This document shows, piece by piece, positions 28,507 to 39,185 of a stretch of DNA of 64,000 nucleotides. Under the pieces are notes generated by a model. That model did not search any database. It was given only the letters and a program-made list of their open reading frames with translations, and was not told the DNA's origin. The stretch is from Candidatus Poseidoniaceae archaeon. Lineage in GTDB: Archaea > Thermoplasmatota > Poseidoniia > Poseidoniales > Poseidoniaceae. The position numbers and the translations under genes are program-made. The DNA lies in contig JBMTJI010000005.1 of NCBI GenBank assembly GCA_049438185.1, positions 2,316 through 66,315 on the forward strand, written 5' to 3'. How positions within the stretch are numbered: position 1 is the stretch's first letter; each line of letters starts with the position of its first letter.

Positions 28507-29492
28507 CGGTAACCTCCAGTGAGGTATCCAAGAATCGATTGTAGGTCATCATCAGGGTTGTTGATGACCATGACATCATGCTCATTGTCGACAATAATCC
28601 GTGGTAAACGCTGGTGAAATTCGCCCAAATGGTGCGTGAAAACCTTCAATTTTGTAGGGCTTGGAAATTGTAGACCATGTACAACATCAAGACTCAATAC
28701 GTCTTTTGCCAATGATTTCGCATCGCTGCATTCGATTTCGATGGTATGTGGAATGTTGTCCAATTGTTCCCGAATGGCATGCAGATTTCCAATCGCCAAC
28801 AATCGTCCTTGGTGCAGAATCACAATTTGTTCCGTAATTCGTTCAATTTCGGAAAGAATATGGCTGCTCAGCAATACAGTTCTCCCCATTCGTCCGAGTT
28901 CACGTATGACATTCATAATCGTCGTACGAGCGAGCGGGTCGCAACCCTGAAGCGGTTCATCGAGAATGATCAAATCAGGGTCGTTGACCAGCGCATGGGC
29001 AATTTTCGCACGCTGACGCATACCCTTCGAGTATCTTCCAATTTTCTTGTGCATTACATCGGTTAAGCCAACGAATTCGAGGACGCGTTCTGCCTCTTGT
29101 TTGGCCTCTTCTCTCGAAAGACCATGAAGTCGAGCAAACGTGGATACAAATTCATGCGCAGTCATCCAATCGTACATGTTTTCATTTTCAGGTACGTACC
29201 CAACACGGGCATAAGGTGCAGGGTTTTTCCATGGATTCGTTCCAAACAATCGAACTTCTCCCTGAGTCGGCTGAAGTTTACCCATGAGTAGCTTGAACAA
29301 CGTGGATTTGCCTGCACCATTGAGTCCAAGGATTCCAGTAACTCCTCCACTCAGTGCAAGCGATATGCCGCCGATGGCTTGGTATCTGCCGTAGGTTTTT
29401 CCAACATTGTTGAACATAACAACAGGTGCTTGTGGCTGAGGAGCCCAATGCTTCTCCTGTGCTTTTCCTTCTTGAGCCAAATCTGGAATCAT
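28503..29492 (-). CDS. ABC transporter ATP-binding protein with about 100-aa C-terminal extension
   Basis: Walker [11 protein letters not shown], signature YSKGMRQR, Walker B LIILDEPLQGCD. Confidence 0.8.
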   Translation of the reverse strand: MIPDLAQEGKAQEKHWAPQPQAPVVMFNNVGKTYGRYQAIGGISLALSGGVTGILGLNGAGKSTLFKLLMGKLQPTQGEVRLFGTNPWKNPAPYARVGYVPENENMYDWMTAHEFVSTFARLHGLSREEAKQEAERVLEFVGLTDVMHKKIGRYSKGMRQRAKIAHALVNDPDLIILDEPLQGCDPLARTTIMNVIRELGRMGRTVLLSSHILSEIERITEQIVILHQGRLLAIGNLHAIREQLDNIPHTIEIECSDAKSLAKDVLSLDVVHGLQFPSPTKLKVFTHHLGEFHQRLPRIIVDNEHDVMVINNPDDDLQSILGYLTGGYR

Positions 29493-30493
29493 TCACGCGT
29501 CACCTCCATTGAGGAAACTCGGACGCTCAGAACATACAGTGAGACAGCGTTGATGGCAACGACCGATGCGAGTGACCATATCCACGGGTGATCGTACACA
29601 ACATTTGTGCCGATGAGTGCTTGACCAACGTGTGCGACGGAATCATACGGTGAAATAAGGTAGAGAATGGAACGATCGAACAACCCTTCGACGATCGCAG
29701 CCAGAGTTTTTGTTCCCAAGAGTAAGGCAAGTAAAGCGATACCAGGGAAGAACTTTCCACGCGATACAGAGGAAAGAGCGAGCCCAATGCTTGTGTAGGT
29801 CACAACCAACAGCAATCCACAAAAGACGGTTGTGAGAAACAGAGGGAATGTGTCGAGAATCCACGCCCAACCTCGCCCCATTGCGAGAATGTCTACAAAA
29901 TAGTAGAGAAAGAGTGTTCCAATAATGATGAAGGCTTGAATGGTTGCAACTGCGAGATATTTCATTCCAACATAATCGAAGCGATTGATGGGGCGAGAGA
30001 AATACAGAGCACTGGTTCCGTTGGAACGGTCTTCCGAAATGACACCACCAACAAGCAGAGCTGCAACAAGCGGATAATACAACATGTTTCGAGGGAAGAA
30101 ACCAAGAATATGGCCATAGAGATTGTTTCGACCAACACCCCAAAGTTCGTACAAGCTTGGCTCACCAATAACGGCGAAAAGGAGTGTTAATGCAACATCT
30201 GTCATCGATGCGATCAGCACGAAAATCAGAACCAATTTCGTTGGCACACCCCACGGGCGATGCCCTTTGCGAACTATACCAAGGACATGATGACGGAAGA
30301 TTGCCCAGTTCCGCATCCATCGTGGGTTCAATGAGCCTTCCCATGGAACGTAGACTTGTTCGAAAACCTGTCCTGTCTGAGCAACAGGTTGAGCCACGCT
30401 CGCTTGCTCTGAGGACTCTGATCCCCACGCTGCATCCATCCTACTCTGGCCGGTTACAGGCGTCGAAACATCGATGGTCGCATCTTCTGTCAT
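29489..30493 (-). CDS. ABC-2 family permease (second, different)
   Basis: Six predicted TM helices. 4-nt overlaps with neighbours. Confidence 0.65.
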   Translation of the reverse strand: MTEDATIDVSTPVTGQSRMDAAWGSESSEQASVAQPVAQTGQVFEQVYVPWEGSLNPRWMRNWAIFRHHVLGIVRKGHRPWGVPTKLVLIFVLIASMTDVALTLLFAVIGEPSLYELWGVGRNNLYGHILGFFPRNMLYYPLVAALLVGGVISEDRSNGTSALYFSRPINRFDYVGMKYLAVATIQAFIIIGTLFLYYFVDILAMGRGWAWILDTFPLFLTTVFCGLLLVVTYTSIGLALSSVSRGKFFPGIALLALLLGTKTLAAIVEGLFDRSILYLISPYDSVAHVGQALIGTNVVYDHPWIWSLASVVAINAVSLYVLSVRVSSMEVTRE

Positions 30494-31509
30494 GCACCTG
30501 AACCTCCCATCGATTCTGGGGCGTCGACCTTACGAGCCTCAGCGGGAGAGGCGAGCAAGTCTTCACTCGATTTGACGCCATAACCAAAGCGCTCCATAAT
30601 GACGATAAACAAATCCTCGAGGGAGGCTTCATATTCGTGCATGCGACGAATTTGGGCACCTGTTTCTGCTGCACATTTGAGAATTCGGTGTGTGGTTTTC
30701 TCTCCATCGTGCCGAATCCGCATCATACGTCCTTCTCGCCGAACCTCGAGACCTTCCTTTCCGAGGGCTTGTTCAAGTTCACTGGCCATGCCCCATACAT
30801 GAATTTCAATTTCACGATCGATAGCCTTCAAGTCTTCAATGCGTCCTTGAGCAGCGAGTTTCCCTTTGTGCAACAACACGATGTTTTGACAAACACGCTC
30901 AACATCATCCATCAAATGACTGGCCATGAGAACTGAACGATTCCCGGTATGAACCATGTTTGAAAGTGTCACCAACATGGCCTCACGAGAATCAGCATCG
31001 AGGCCGTTCGAAGGTTCGTCAGCGATAATCAATTGTGGGTCATGAATGATGGAACAAGCCAATTTCGTCGCTTGTTTCATACCCGTTGAGAAAGAGGAAA
31101 TCGGGCGATATCGCAACTCTCCAAGCCCCACATATTCCATTGCAGTATGAGCCCTTGACATTGCTACGACAGGATTCATTCCAAGCAGTTCTCCACTGTA
31201 TCGAACTTGATGAATCGCATCCATCTGTTCGTCCAAAGCATCGTATTCAGGCATATAACCAATCTTTGAACGAATCGCCAATCCATCCGTTCGGATATCA
31301 TGGCCGAGCACTTTGCCTTCGCCAGATGTTGCTTGTATGAGTCCTAGGATGGTTTTGAAAAAGGTGGATTTTCCTGCTCCGTTCGGACCAAGAAGGCCAG
31401 TTGCACCTTGCTCGACTTGAATGCTCAATTTATCGAGAGCAACATGAGGACCATATGATTTGGTCAACTCGTTCGTCTCGATAATGAGGTCATTGGCCAT
31501 TGTTCTCAT
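30490..31509 (-). CDS. ABC transporter ATP-binding protein (second) with C-terminal extension
   Basis: Walker A GPNGAGKSTF, signature FSTGMKQ, Walker B LIIADEPSNGLD. Track start 31545 is GTG. ATGs are at 31509 and 31500. Confidence 0.8.
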   Translation of the reverse strand: MRTMANDLIIETNELTKSYGPHVALDKLSIQVEQGATGLLGPNGAGKSTFFKTILGLIQATSGEGKVLGHDIRTDGLAIRSKIGYMPEYDALDEQMDAIHQVRYSGELLGMNPVVAMSRAHTAMEYVGLGELRYRPISSFSTGMKQATKLACSIIHDPQLIIADEPSNGLDADSREAMLVTLSNMVHTGNRSVLMASHLMDDVERVCQNIVLLHKGKLAAQGRIEDLKAIDREIEIHVWGMASELEQALGKEGLEVRREGRMMRIRHDGEKTTHRILKCAAETGAQIRRMHEYEASLEDLFIVIMERFGYGVKSSEDLLASPAEARKVDAPESMGGSGA

Positions 31510-31551
31510 CAAATACACTGAAAGGAAGTCTTTGAATGCTTTCACATCACG

Positions 31552-33795
31552 TTATTTGAATGTCTTTGAAAAGTCACTGCGCGTTCGAACTGCAATCCCC
31601 TTTCGAAATCGAAGGGCTTCATCTGCATCGCATTGCGATAACCCGTGACCAATCAACGTCCCTTTCTGATCAACGATGAAGCAGGTTTGCCCAGCCTTCA
31701 ACCATGGGTCGCAAGCAAGAATAAATCCATGGAAGACGTTTCTTCCTTTGAGTACAAATTCGACAGCATCCTGTTCAACAACAAGCAAAGGCGGCCCCTG
31801 TCCAATCGCTTTATTCGGCTGAAATTGACCATTTTGTTCAACCGGTAATGTTCGCTGTGCATGAACAATCGTTGAACCCAAATCAGTGATCGAAAGACCA
31901 CCATCCGTGAGTCGAGGGCTCAGGATATGATGACCATCCTTGTCAATGACATTCTTGACTCGGCCTGTCCCGCCGATTACGTACGTACACGATTCGATTA
32001 TTTTCGCTGCGTATTCATAGTTCACGTTCAAGCAGACCACCAATTTGTCGAGGATTTGGCGACGACGAAGTTCATCTCGAAGTTGAGGCAAGTCCGAATC
32101 CTCAACGTGGAGATCATCCTCAAGCATTCCATGTTTCTTCAATAGGTTTGAAGCGTTTTGAATGATTGAGTCGGTGCTGATGTCGAGAATGAGGATACGA
32201 TCGGCTTCGATGTGCAATCGTTGGAGCTCTTGTCGTAACAGAACCGTGTTCAGTCGGCGACTCCAAAGCCAGGATGGACCATCGACTTGAGCGAATGGAT
32301 TGAGATCTTCAAGCGAATAAGGAAGCAAACCAAGCGGTGTTTGCACAAGAATCTCAAGATTGGGGAGTAAGCTGTGAAGTCGGAGGGCGAGCAGATCGCA
32401 TCGTTGACGCCATGGACCAGGTTTGCCATTCAAAATCAACACATCGCTCGAAGCTGTGAATGAGGGTCTCCAGCGTCGTTGCAATTGCTTGCGAGCGACG
32501 AGAACGTGCGGGCGCGTGAGCGTGTCTTCACCACCCCAGCGTTCACCTTTCTTCCGTTGCGTTGCTTGTTTGTTGACGACGTTTGCCCAATCCTGTTCCC
32601 AAATTCCACCGTTCGGGTGATGCTCTCTGGCTGCTGCTCGGTCGTCTTGCACAAGATCTTCGAGTACATCCGAAGACAAACCGAAAGGGAAGGGGCGGGT
32701 TGTTAGCCAAAGGAAGGCTTCACGTAATGCGGGGTGTTGGTGACTTCGTTGCTCAGCAAGTTGCCAAATCGTTCCCTCGTGAATGGCTTGTTTGCATCGT
32801 GAAAGTTCGGCCAATGTCACTTCGAGGTTGTATCGAGCCAACAATGTTGTTCGTTCGTCTTGATTCAGCGCACGTACCTCTTCAGGCGTCCAGGTAACAA
32901 TACACGGTACCAGCTCAGGCCAAGCATGCAAATCCTTCAATCGATAGGTCCCTTGAGGCGAGAGCAAACGATCATCTCGTGCGAACAAGGCATAGGCTGC
33001 TGAATCAAACAAATCTGCACCCAATGCAATCAGCATGGAGAAGAGCATTGGATGGCCACAACCAAACATGTGACGGGGACGTTCTGGAGGGAGTTCACCG
33101 ATGGTCGCAAGCATGATTTTCGCAAGATCTTTGTAACGATGCTTTTCCATGATTGGAACAATTCCACCAATTGGATGGACAGCAAAATCAAATTGACCCA
33201 TTCCTTGAGCGGATTGCTTTCTCAAATCACGATAGATTCCACCTTGAATCGGACCGTTCAGCATCGTTCCCTGAGCCGCTTCAATGGATGCCTCACAACG
33301 TTCGATGGTTGTTAAAACCGCTTGTCGAACTTCTTCTTCGCTCATATCCGGTCGGCTAAAAACGTCGAGCATCGTTGCGATATCCACACCGATGGAACGT
33401 TGAAATTCAACGATTTCTTCAACGCCGACTTCGACATCCCCGTACACATAGGACTGGAAGGTTCCTGAATCGGTCATGATCACCCCGGGGAAATTGATCA
33501 AATCGTGAACACCGTTCTCGACGGCATGTCGTTTAAGATCGTCATGCTTCCAAATGATGTACGAGTTGGTGATTAAGCCCTGAATACCGTATCGGTCCCA
33601 CATTTCTCTAGGCTCGATAGTTCGGATGTTTGGATTTATGACAGGGAGAAGAGCGGGTGTTTCGAGAATACCGTGTGCGGTGTGAATCCTTCCAACTCGC
33701 GCGCAACCATCTCGTGCAGTCACCTCGAACTTTCCCAGATCGCTTTCCTTGCACGGCACAGGGTCGCCTCGAACATCATCTTTCCATGCCGCCAT
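31552..33795 (-). CDS. tgtA: Archaeosine tRNA-guanine transglycosylase (ArcTGT) with C-terminal extension/PUA region
   Basis: Matches along the archaeal TGT catalytic domain. PVINPNIRTI, ITNSYIIWK, MTDSGTFQ, IGVDIATMLD, HMFGCGHPMLFSMLIALGADLFDSAAYALFARDDR, NQDERTTLLARYNL and VKQAIHEGTIWQL align to the Pyrococcus enzyme as recalled from memory. At 747 aa it is longer than the usual 580-650 aa. Confidence 0.85.
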   Translation of the reverse strand: MAAWKDDVRGDPVPCKESDLGKFEVTARDGCARVGRIHTAHGILETPALLPVINPNIRTIEPREMWDRYGIQGLITNSYIIWKHDDLKRHAVENGVHDLINFPGVIMTDSGTFQSYVYGDVEVGVEEIVEFQRSIGVDIATMLDVFSRPDMSEEEVRQAVLTTIERCEASIEAAQGTMLNGPIQGGIYRDLRKQSAQGMGQFDFAVHPIGGIVPIMEKHRYKDLAKIMLATIGELPPERPRHMFGCGHPMLFSMLIALGADLFDSAAYALFARDDRLLSPQGTYRLKDLHAWPELVPCIVTWTPEEVRALNQDERTTLLARYNLEVTLAELSRCKQAIHEGTIWQLAEQRSHQHPALREAFLWLTTRPFPFGLSSDVLEDLVQDDRAAAREHHPNGGIWEQDWANVVNKQATQRKKGERWGGEDTLTRPHVLVARKQLQRRWRPSFTASSDVLILNGKPGPWRQRCDLLALRLHSLLPNLEILVQTPLGLLPYSLEDLNPFAQVDGPSWLWSRRLNTVLLRQELQRLHIEADRILILDISTDSIIQNASNLLKKHGMLEDDLHVEDSDLPQLRDELRRRQILDKLVVCLNVNYEYAAKIIESCTYVIGGTGRVKNVIDKDGHHILSPRLTDGGLSITDLGSTIVHAQRTLPVEQNGQFQPNKAIGQGPPLLVVEQDAVEFVLKGRNVFHGFILACDPWLKAGQTCFIVDQKGTLIGHGLSQCDADEALRFRKGIAVRTRSDFSKTFK

Positions 33796-33821
33796 AGACC
33801 CAGCCCCCGAACCTCATCATT

Positions 33822-34286
33822 TCAATTGCCCGATGAGACATCAACAAATTCGACGTTTCCATGTGCGAGGATAAATTCACGACCTAGTTCATCGAATGTA
33901 TCAAGAAGACTTGTCGAAAACTGAACAAGTTCAATTTCCGTATCCGCTTGCAAATCATTACGAACACCTTCGAGTGTCCCAGGAGCTGCGCCACACGATA
34001 AACAGGCTCCTGTCAAATCAAGAACAAAGTGAAACCCGGATTCTTTTCGCTCCCATTTTGAGACTGCAATTCCCCCACCATGACCATCCAGGGCCGCTCG
34101 AACCATTCCTAGTCTTGAGAGAAGAACGGGCACGAGGTGATCGGTTTCGACAACATCTTCAATACGGGTGTTTCGAAGACGTTCCTCTTCCTCAGCATCG
34201 GTCTGTTCGGCAATTCGGCGATTGGCTTCTTCTTCCATAGCCTTCTGCGCTTCAAGGGCATACGCTCGAACCAAGTCGTCGTCCAT
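33822..34286 (-). CDS. Nfu/NifU-C-terminal-domain Fe-S scaffold/carrier protein
   Basis: CxxC motif in TGACLSCGAAPGTLEGV. Track start 34304 is TTG. ATG at 34286 is preferred. Confidence 0.55.
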   Translation of the reverse strand: MDDDLVRAYALEAQKAMEEEANRRIAEQTDAEEEERLRNTRIEDVVETDHLVPVLLSRLGMVRAALDGHGGGIAVSKWERKESGFHFVLDLTGACLSCGAAPGTLEGVRNDLQADTEIELVQFSTSLLDTFDELGREFILAHGNVEFVDVSSGN

Positions 34287-34392
34287 GCTATAGCCACACT
34301 GCAACGGCGTTTGAAATCTTGCAAAGCCGTGGTATCGTGAGTGATTGCATCCATTGATAAGGGGGTGACGGTACCAAGGAACAGGTGAGAAG

Positions 34393-35136
34393 ATGACTGA
34401 AGTCTTGTTGCGTGTGGAAAACCTTCACGTTTCAGTTGGCGACACGCCAATTATTCAAGGCATCAGCCTCCAAATCAATCGTGGTGAAATCCATGCAATC
34501 ATGGGTCGAAACGGCGCAGGGAAGTCCACTCTTGCCAGCGTTATTATGGGTCATCCCGCTTACGAAATCACCAGTGGCACCATTCACTACAAAGGAAAGA
34601 ACATCGAAGATATGGAAGTGTTCGAGCGTGCGCGTGCTGGCATGTTTCTTTCCTTCCAATACCCCGCTGCCATTCCTGGCGTTCAAGTAGGTACCTTCCT
34701 GCGCAAGTCAGTCGCTTCGGTACGTGGTGAGGCCCCATCTCCACGGGCCTTCCGTCAAGAATTGAACGAGGCCATGAAGCAACTTGACATGGACAAATCG
34801 TTTCTTTCACGCTACGTCAATGATGGATTCAGCGGTGGTGAGAAAAAGCGCCTCGAAATTCTTCAGATGCTCCTCCTTCAACCAGATTTAGCGCTTCTCG
34901 ATGAAACCGATTCGGGGCTTGATATCGACGCTTTGCGAATTGTCGCTGAAGGAATCAACGCTGTCGCCAAGGAGACTGGATGTTTGATTATTACACACTA
35001 TCAGCGCCTTCTCGATCTCGTGAAGCCTGATGTTGTTCACGTTCTCATCAATGGAAAAATCATCCAAAGTGGCGGCCCTGAACTCGCCTTAAAACTCGAA
35101 AAAGAAGGCTACGATTGGGTGGAAGCCCTTGTCTGA
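34393..35136 (+). CDS. sufC: Fe-S cluster assembly ATPase SufC
   Basis: Walker [11 protein letters not shown], signature FSGGEKKR, Walker [13 protein letters not shown]. Length 247 aa. Confidence 0.9.
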   Translation: MTEVLLRVENLHVSVGDTPIIQGISLQINRGEIHAIMGRNGAGKSTLASVIMGHPAYEITSGTIHYKGKNIEDMEVFERARAGMFLSFQYPAAIPGVQVGTFLRKSVASVRGEAPSPRAFRQELNEAMKQLDMDKSFLSRYVNDGFSGGEKKRLEILQMLLLQPDLALLDETDSGLDIDALRIVAEGINAVAKETGCLIITHYQRLLDLVKPDVVHVLINGKIIQSGGPELALKLEKEGYDWVEALV

Positions 35137-35145
35137 GGTGATGCA

Positions 35146-36552
35146 ATGACACAAGAAGCTCAGGACGCAGTTGGCGACTATAAGTACGGGTTCCATGACC
35201 CTGAAGCTGCAACCATTCGATTCGATAAGGGTCTCAGCGAAAAAGTCGTACGGGACATCTCTGAACTCAAAGGAGAGCCTGCATGGATGACAGACATCCG
35301 AGTCAAGGCCTATCATCACTTCATGGAACGCGAAATGCCGACTTGGGGCAACTGTGACTCGTTGGCAGGTATTGATTTTGACAACGTCACATACTTCCTC
35401 CGTTCTTCGGACAAAACTGAGAAGGATTGGGACGATGTACCTGATGACATTAAACGCACATTCGATCGCCTCGGGATTCCTGAAGCAGAACAAAAATGGC
35501 TTGGTGGCGTCACTGCTCAGTACGAAAGTGAAGCTGTGTATCACTCAATTCGAGAAGATCTCGAAGAGCAAGGCGTTCTCTTCCTCGACATGGATTCAGG
35601 ACTCAAAGAACATCCTGAGATCATCAAGAAATACTTCGGCACCGTTGTTCCACATACCGACAACAAATTTTCGGCACTGAACACCGCTGTTTGGTCAGGT
35701 GGCTCATTCATCTATGTTCCAAAGGGCGTTCATGTTGAAATGCCTGTTCAGGCGTATTTCCGGATCAATGCGAAGAATATGGGTCAATTTGAGCGAACCC
35801 TCATCATTGCAGATGAAGGTTCATCCATCCACTATGTCGAGGGATGCACTGCACCAACATATTCGACGGATTCTTTGCACTCAGCCGTAGTCGAACTCAT
35901 CGCTATGGAAGGAGCAAAAATCCGCTATTCTACCGTCCAGAATTGGTCTGCCAACGTCTACAATCTCGTCACAAAGCGAGGAGTCGCTTACAAAAATGCG
36001 ACCGTGGAATGGGTTGACGGCAACATTGGGTCGAAGTTGACCATGAAGTATCCTGCTGTTTTACTCAAGGGCGAAGGAGCACATGCAGAGGTCATTTCTG
36101 TAGCCTATGCAGGTGAAGGGCAACACCAAGATGCTGGAGCAAAAGTTCACCACCTTGCTCCAAATACGACCTCGAACATTCTCTCCAAATCCATCTCAAA
36201 GAACGGTGGTCGCTCTTCCTACCGAGGGATGCTTCAGGTGACACCAAAAGCTTCTGGATGCCGTTCAAAGGTTGTCTGTGATGCACTTATGCTCGATGAA
36301 GACAGTCGAAGCGATACATATCCGACCATGGAAATCGGCAACTCAACAGCAGACCTTGAACACGAAGCCAGCGTTTCGAAGGTTTCTGGAGACCAACTGT
36401 TCTACCTCATGAGTCGAGGCCACACCGAAGAGGAAGCCATGGGATTGATCGTCAATGGTTTCTTTGAACCCTTTACACGGGAACTGCCAATGGAATATGC
36501 GGTTGAACTGAACCGACTCCTCGAACTGGAAATGGAGGGCTCGATTGGATGA
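35146..36552 (+). CDS. sufB: Fe-S cluster assembly protein SufB
   Basis: 468 aa with the conserved SufB C-terminal beta-helix region including [13 protein letters not shown]. Confidence 0.9.
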   Translation: MTQEAQDAVGDYKYGFHDPEAATIRFDKGLSEKVVRDISELKGEPAWMTDIRVKAYHHFMEREMPTWGNCDSLAGIDFDNVTYFLRSSDKTEKDWDDVPDDIKRTFDRLGIPEAEQKWLGGVTAQYESEAVYHSIREDLEEQGVLFLDMDSGLKEHPEIIKKYFGTVVPHTDNKFSALNTAVWSGGSFIYVPKGVHVEMPVQAYFRINAKNMGQFERTLIIADEGSSIHYVEGCTAPTYSTDSLHSAVVELIAMEGAKIRYSTVQNWSANVYNLVTKRGVAYKNATVEWVDGNIGSKLTMKYPAVLLKGEGAHAEVISVAYAGEGQHQDAGAKVHHLAPNTTSNILSKSISKNGGRSSYRGMLQVTPKASGCRSKVVCDALMLDEDSRSDTYPTMEIGNSTADLEHEASVSKVSGDQLFYLMSRGHTEEEAMGLIVNGFFEPFTRELPMEYAVELNRLLELEMEGSIG

Positions 36553-37583
36553 CATCGTACCTCGATGCCATAGTTCCAAATCGATCCGAACACCTTTGGC
36601 GCTACACGCCATGGTCAAGGGTTCATCCTGGACGTGTCGATTCCGTTCCTGATGTCGATTCTGCTGTCATCAAGAGTGAAGATTTTGAATTGACAAACAA
36701 GACCTTCGAACCCTTGGCTACAACCGATATCGCACGCATTTTTCTCAATGAAATTCTTCATACAACGACTGTCGTTGCTTGCGAGAACAACGATGGACAC
36801 ATTCACATTCATGCTGGGGGGCATTCTGTTGCAGCCCATCTTCACATCGCTTGCAATTCTGCCTCAAACATCGTCATTCACTTGCATGGCGAGGCCGATT
36901 GGTTTGGTCTGGCACTCACTGGTGACATCCATCCCAACGCCCAATTGAGTGTGGGTATCATCAATGAATTATCAACGGATTCCGTTATGGTTCGTGTTGA
37001 CGATTGGTCGCTTCATCGTGATGCACGATTTGAACTTGCAACACTTTCGATGGGAGGGCATCGAAACAAGTCCGACATTCGCTCAACGCTCAAGGGTTCG
37101 AATGCATCATTGAAGCAATTCATCGCCGTCCACGGGCATGGCACACGACATGATGATCATCACATCGAGATTCATCATCAACAACCGCATACGAACTCAC
37201 ATCTTTTGCTCAATGCTGCATGCGATGACCGGAGTCATTCCATCGGAACTGGTGCGCTAACCATCGATGACGTGGCTCAGCACACCGATGCAGGGCAAGT
37301 CTTCCGAAACCTTTTGCTGTCACCCTCGTCACGTGCAGAAGCAATCCCTGAACTTGAAGTTCTAGCCAACGAAGTCGCAGCTGCACACGGCGCTGCTTCA
37401 GCGCCTATCAATAAAGAGCAACTCCATTACCTCATGAGTCGAGGCTTGTCGAAGGGTGAAGCGACGTCGATGATTGTCGAAGGTTTCCTCGTCGATTCGT
37501 TCACCGGTCTCGATTCAGATCTTGTTCGAGAAGCGATGCAAACTCGACTTACAGTGCATCTTGAATGCCAACTTATTGGGTGA
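36549..37583 (+). CDS. sufD: Fe-S cluster assembly protein SufD
   Basis: SufB paralogue 4 nt downstream of sufB. Shorter at 344 aa. Confidence 0.75.
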   Translation: MTSYLDAIVPNRSEHLWRYTPWSRVHPGRVDSVPDVDSAVIKSEDFELTNKTFEPLATTDIARIFLNEILHTTTVVACENNDGHIHIHAGGHSVAAHLHIACNSASNIVIHLHGEADWFGLALTGDIHPNAQLSVGIINELSTDSVMVRVDDWSLHRDARFELATLSMGGHRNKSDIRSTLKGSNASLKQFIAVHGHGTRHDDHHIEIHHQQPHTNSHLLLNAACDDRSHSIGTGALTIDDVAQHTDAGQVFRNLLLSPSSRAEAIPELEVLANEVAAAHGAASAPINKEQLHYLMSRGLSKGEATSMIVEGFLVDSFTGLDSDLVREAMQTRLTVHLECQLIG

Positions 37584-37587
37584 TACC

Positions 37588-38778
37588 ATGGCCATTCAGG
37601 ATGATTTTCCTATCTTGCAACGTCAAGTCAACGGACACCGTCTCATTTACTTGGACAATGCAGCAACAACGCAGAAACCTGCTGTTGTCATTGATGCCAT
37701 GAACGACTATTACACAAAACACAACGCAAATGTTCACCGTGCAGTCCACACACTTGCCGGTGAAGCAACCGATGGCTACGAAGCGTGTCGAACGTCGCTC
37801 AAAACTTGGTTCAATGCTGAACGTTGTATCCTGACCAGCGGTACAACAGAGGCCATCAATCTCGCAGCACACGCATGGGGGCACCCTCAACTCAAAGGTA
37901 GAGCAATCGTGTTGACAGAAATGGAACATCATAGCGACATTGTTCCATGGCAAATGCTTGCTGAAGCGTATGGAAACGAGTTGCGCTACGTGCCTGTTAA
38001 GGAGGATTTTACGCTCGATATGGAAGCGTACGAAGCCTCGATAGAAGGGGCAGGCCTCGTCTGTGTTGTCCATACATCAAACGTGCTCGGCGTTCGAAAC
38101 CCGATTGAAGACATCATACGAATTGCTCACGAACACGGTGCTCGAGTTCTACTTGACGCTGCACAAGGGGCTCCACACTGTCAAATCAACATGGCTGAAC
38201 TTGGAGCCGACATGATGGCGTTGTCTGCACACAAGATGTGTGGTCCGACAGGCATTGGTTGTCTGTTAGTCAATGAAGAGACCTTCCAAGAGATGGAGCC
38301 GTTCATGGGCGGAGGCGATATGATTGAAACGGTCACGCTTGAGGGATCGACCTACCAAACAAACGAGCATCGTTTCGAAGCAGGAACACCTCGCATTGCT
38401 GAAGCCATTGGGTGGAACGCAGCACTCAACTATCTCGGACAGCTTAATCTCGAAGAACAGCATCAACGCCTCTTGGACATTGCCCGACATGTTGCAAATG
38501 TACTTCGTACATTGGGAATAACCGTTTACGGACGTCACGAAGATGATGATTCAGCGGTCGTTTCGTTCCTCCATCCAACGCTTCACAGTGAAGATTTCGC
38601 CCACCTCCTCGACGCACGAGGCGTCGCAGTTCGGACGGGGCATCATTGTGCTCAACCACTGCTCAACCGCCTGGGCATCAGTGGGACAGTTCGAGCATCG
38701 TTTTACATTTACAATTCGATGACGGATGCTGAAGAATTCTTAGCACATGTTCGAGATATAGTGGAGCGGTTTGCATGA
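37588..38778 (+). CDS. sufS: Cysteine desulfurase SufS (class V aminotransferase, group II)
   Basis: HRLIYLDNAATTQKP at the N-terminus, SAHKMCGPTGIG pyridoxal-phosphate Lys region and RTGHHCAQPL active-site Cys loop. ATG at 37588 is 4 nt after the sufD stop. Track start 37474 overlaps sufD. Confidence 0.85.
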   Translation: MAIQDDFPILQRQVNGHRLIYLDNAATTQKPAVVIDAMNDYYTKHNANVHRAVHTLAGEATDGYEACRTSLKTWFNAERCILTSGTTEAINLAAHAWGHPQLKGRAIVLTEMEHHSDIVPWQMLAEAYGNELRYVPVKEDFTLDMEAYEASIEGAGLVCVVHTSNVLGVRNPIEDIIRIAHEHGARVLLDAAQGAPHCQINMAELGADMMALSAHKMCGPTGIGCLLVNEETFQEMEPFMGGGDMIETVTLEGSTYQTNEHRFEAGTPRIAEAIGWNAALNYLGQLNLEEQHQRLLDIARHVANVLRTLGITVYGRHEDDDSAVVSFLHPTLHSEDFAHLLDARGVAVRTGHHCAQPLLNRLGISGTVRASFYIYNSMTDAEEFLAHVRDIVERFA

Positions 38779-39185
38779 CGTATCCTGAGCAACTCACAGA
38801 GTTGATCGAGGATTTCAAATCGATTGCTGACAGAATGGAGCGATTGGAATACGTGTTTGATCTCGCATCTGAAGTCAACGAATTGCCGGAAACTGAGTGG
38901 AACGATTCCACCCGCATCCAAGGCTGCCAATCTGAGGCTCACGTTCGTGTTAATGTGGAAGACAACACAGTTCACCTCTACGCAGGCGCTGACTCGAAGT
39001 TGGTTCAAGGATTGATGGGCATTCTCACCATTGCAATCGACCAACAACCCGTCGAAACTGCTCGATTGCTAACACCTGATTTTGCAGTTGAAATGGGCAT
39101 CCTCAATTCACTTTCACCATCACGAAGCAATGGATTTCGCAACATGTTTGACAAAGTTATGAAGGAGTTATTGGAGGTTGAATAA
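38775..39185 (+). CDS. sufE: Sulfur acceptor SufE
   Basis: 136 aa with the conserved Cys in IQGCQSEAHV. 4-nt overlap with sufS. Confidence 0.75.
   Translation: MTYPEQLTELIEDFKSIADRMERLEYVFDLASEVNELPETEWNDSTRIQGCQSEAHVRVNVEDNTVHLYAGADSKLVQGLMGILTIAIDQQPVETARLLTPDFAVEMGILNSLSPSRSNGFRNMFDKVMKELLEVE

Noticed and set aside
37474-37587. 5' extension of sufS overlapping sufD by 110 nt
   Set aside because: An in-frame ATG at 37588 sits 4 nt after the sufD stop and gives the canonical SufS N-terminus. The extension is an artefact of longest-ORF calling.
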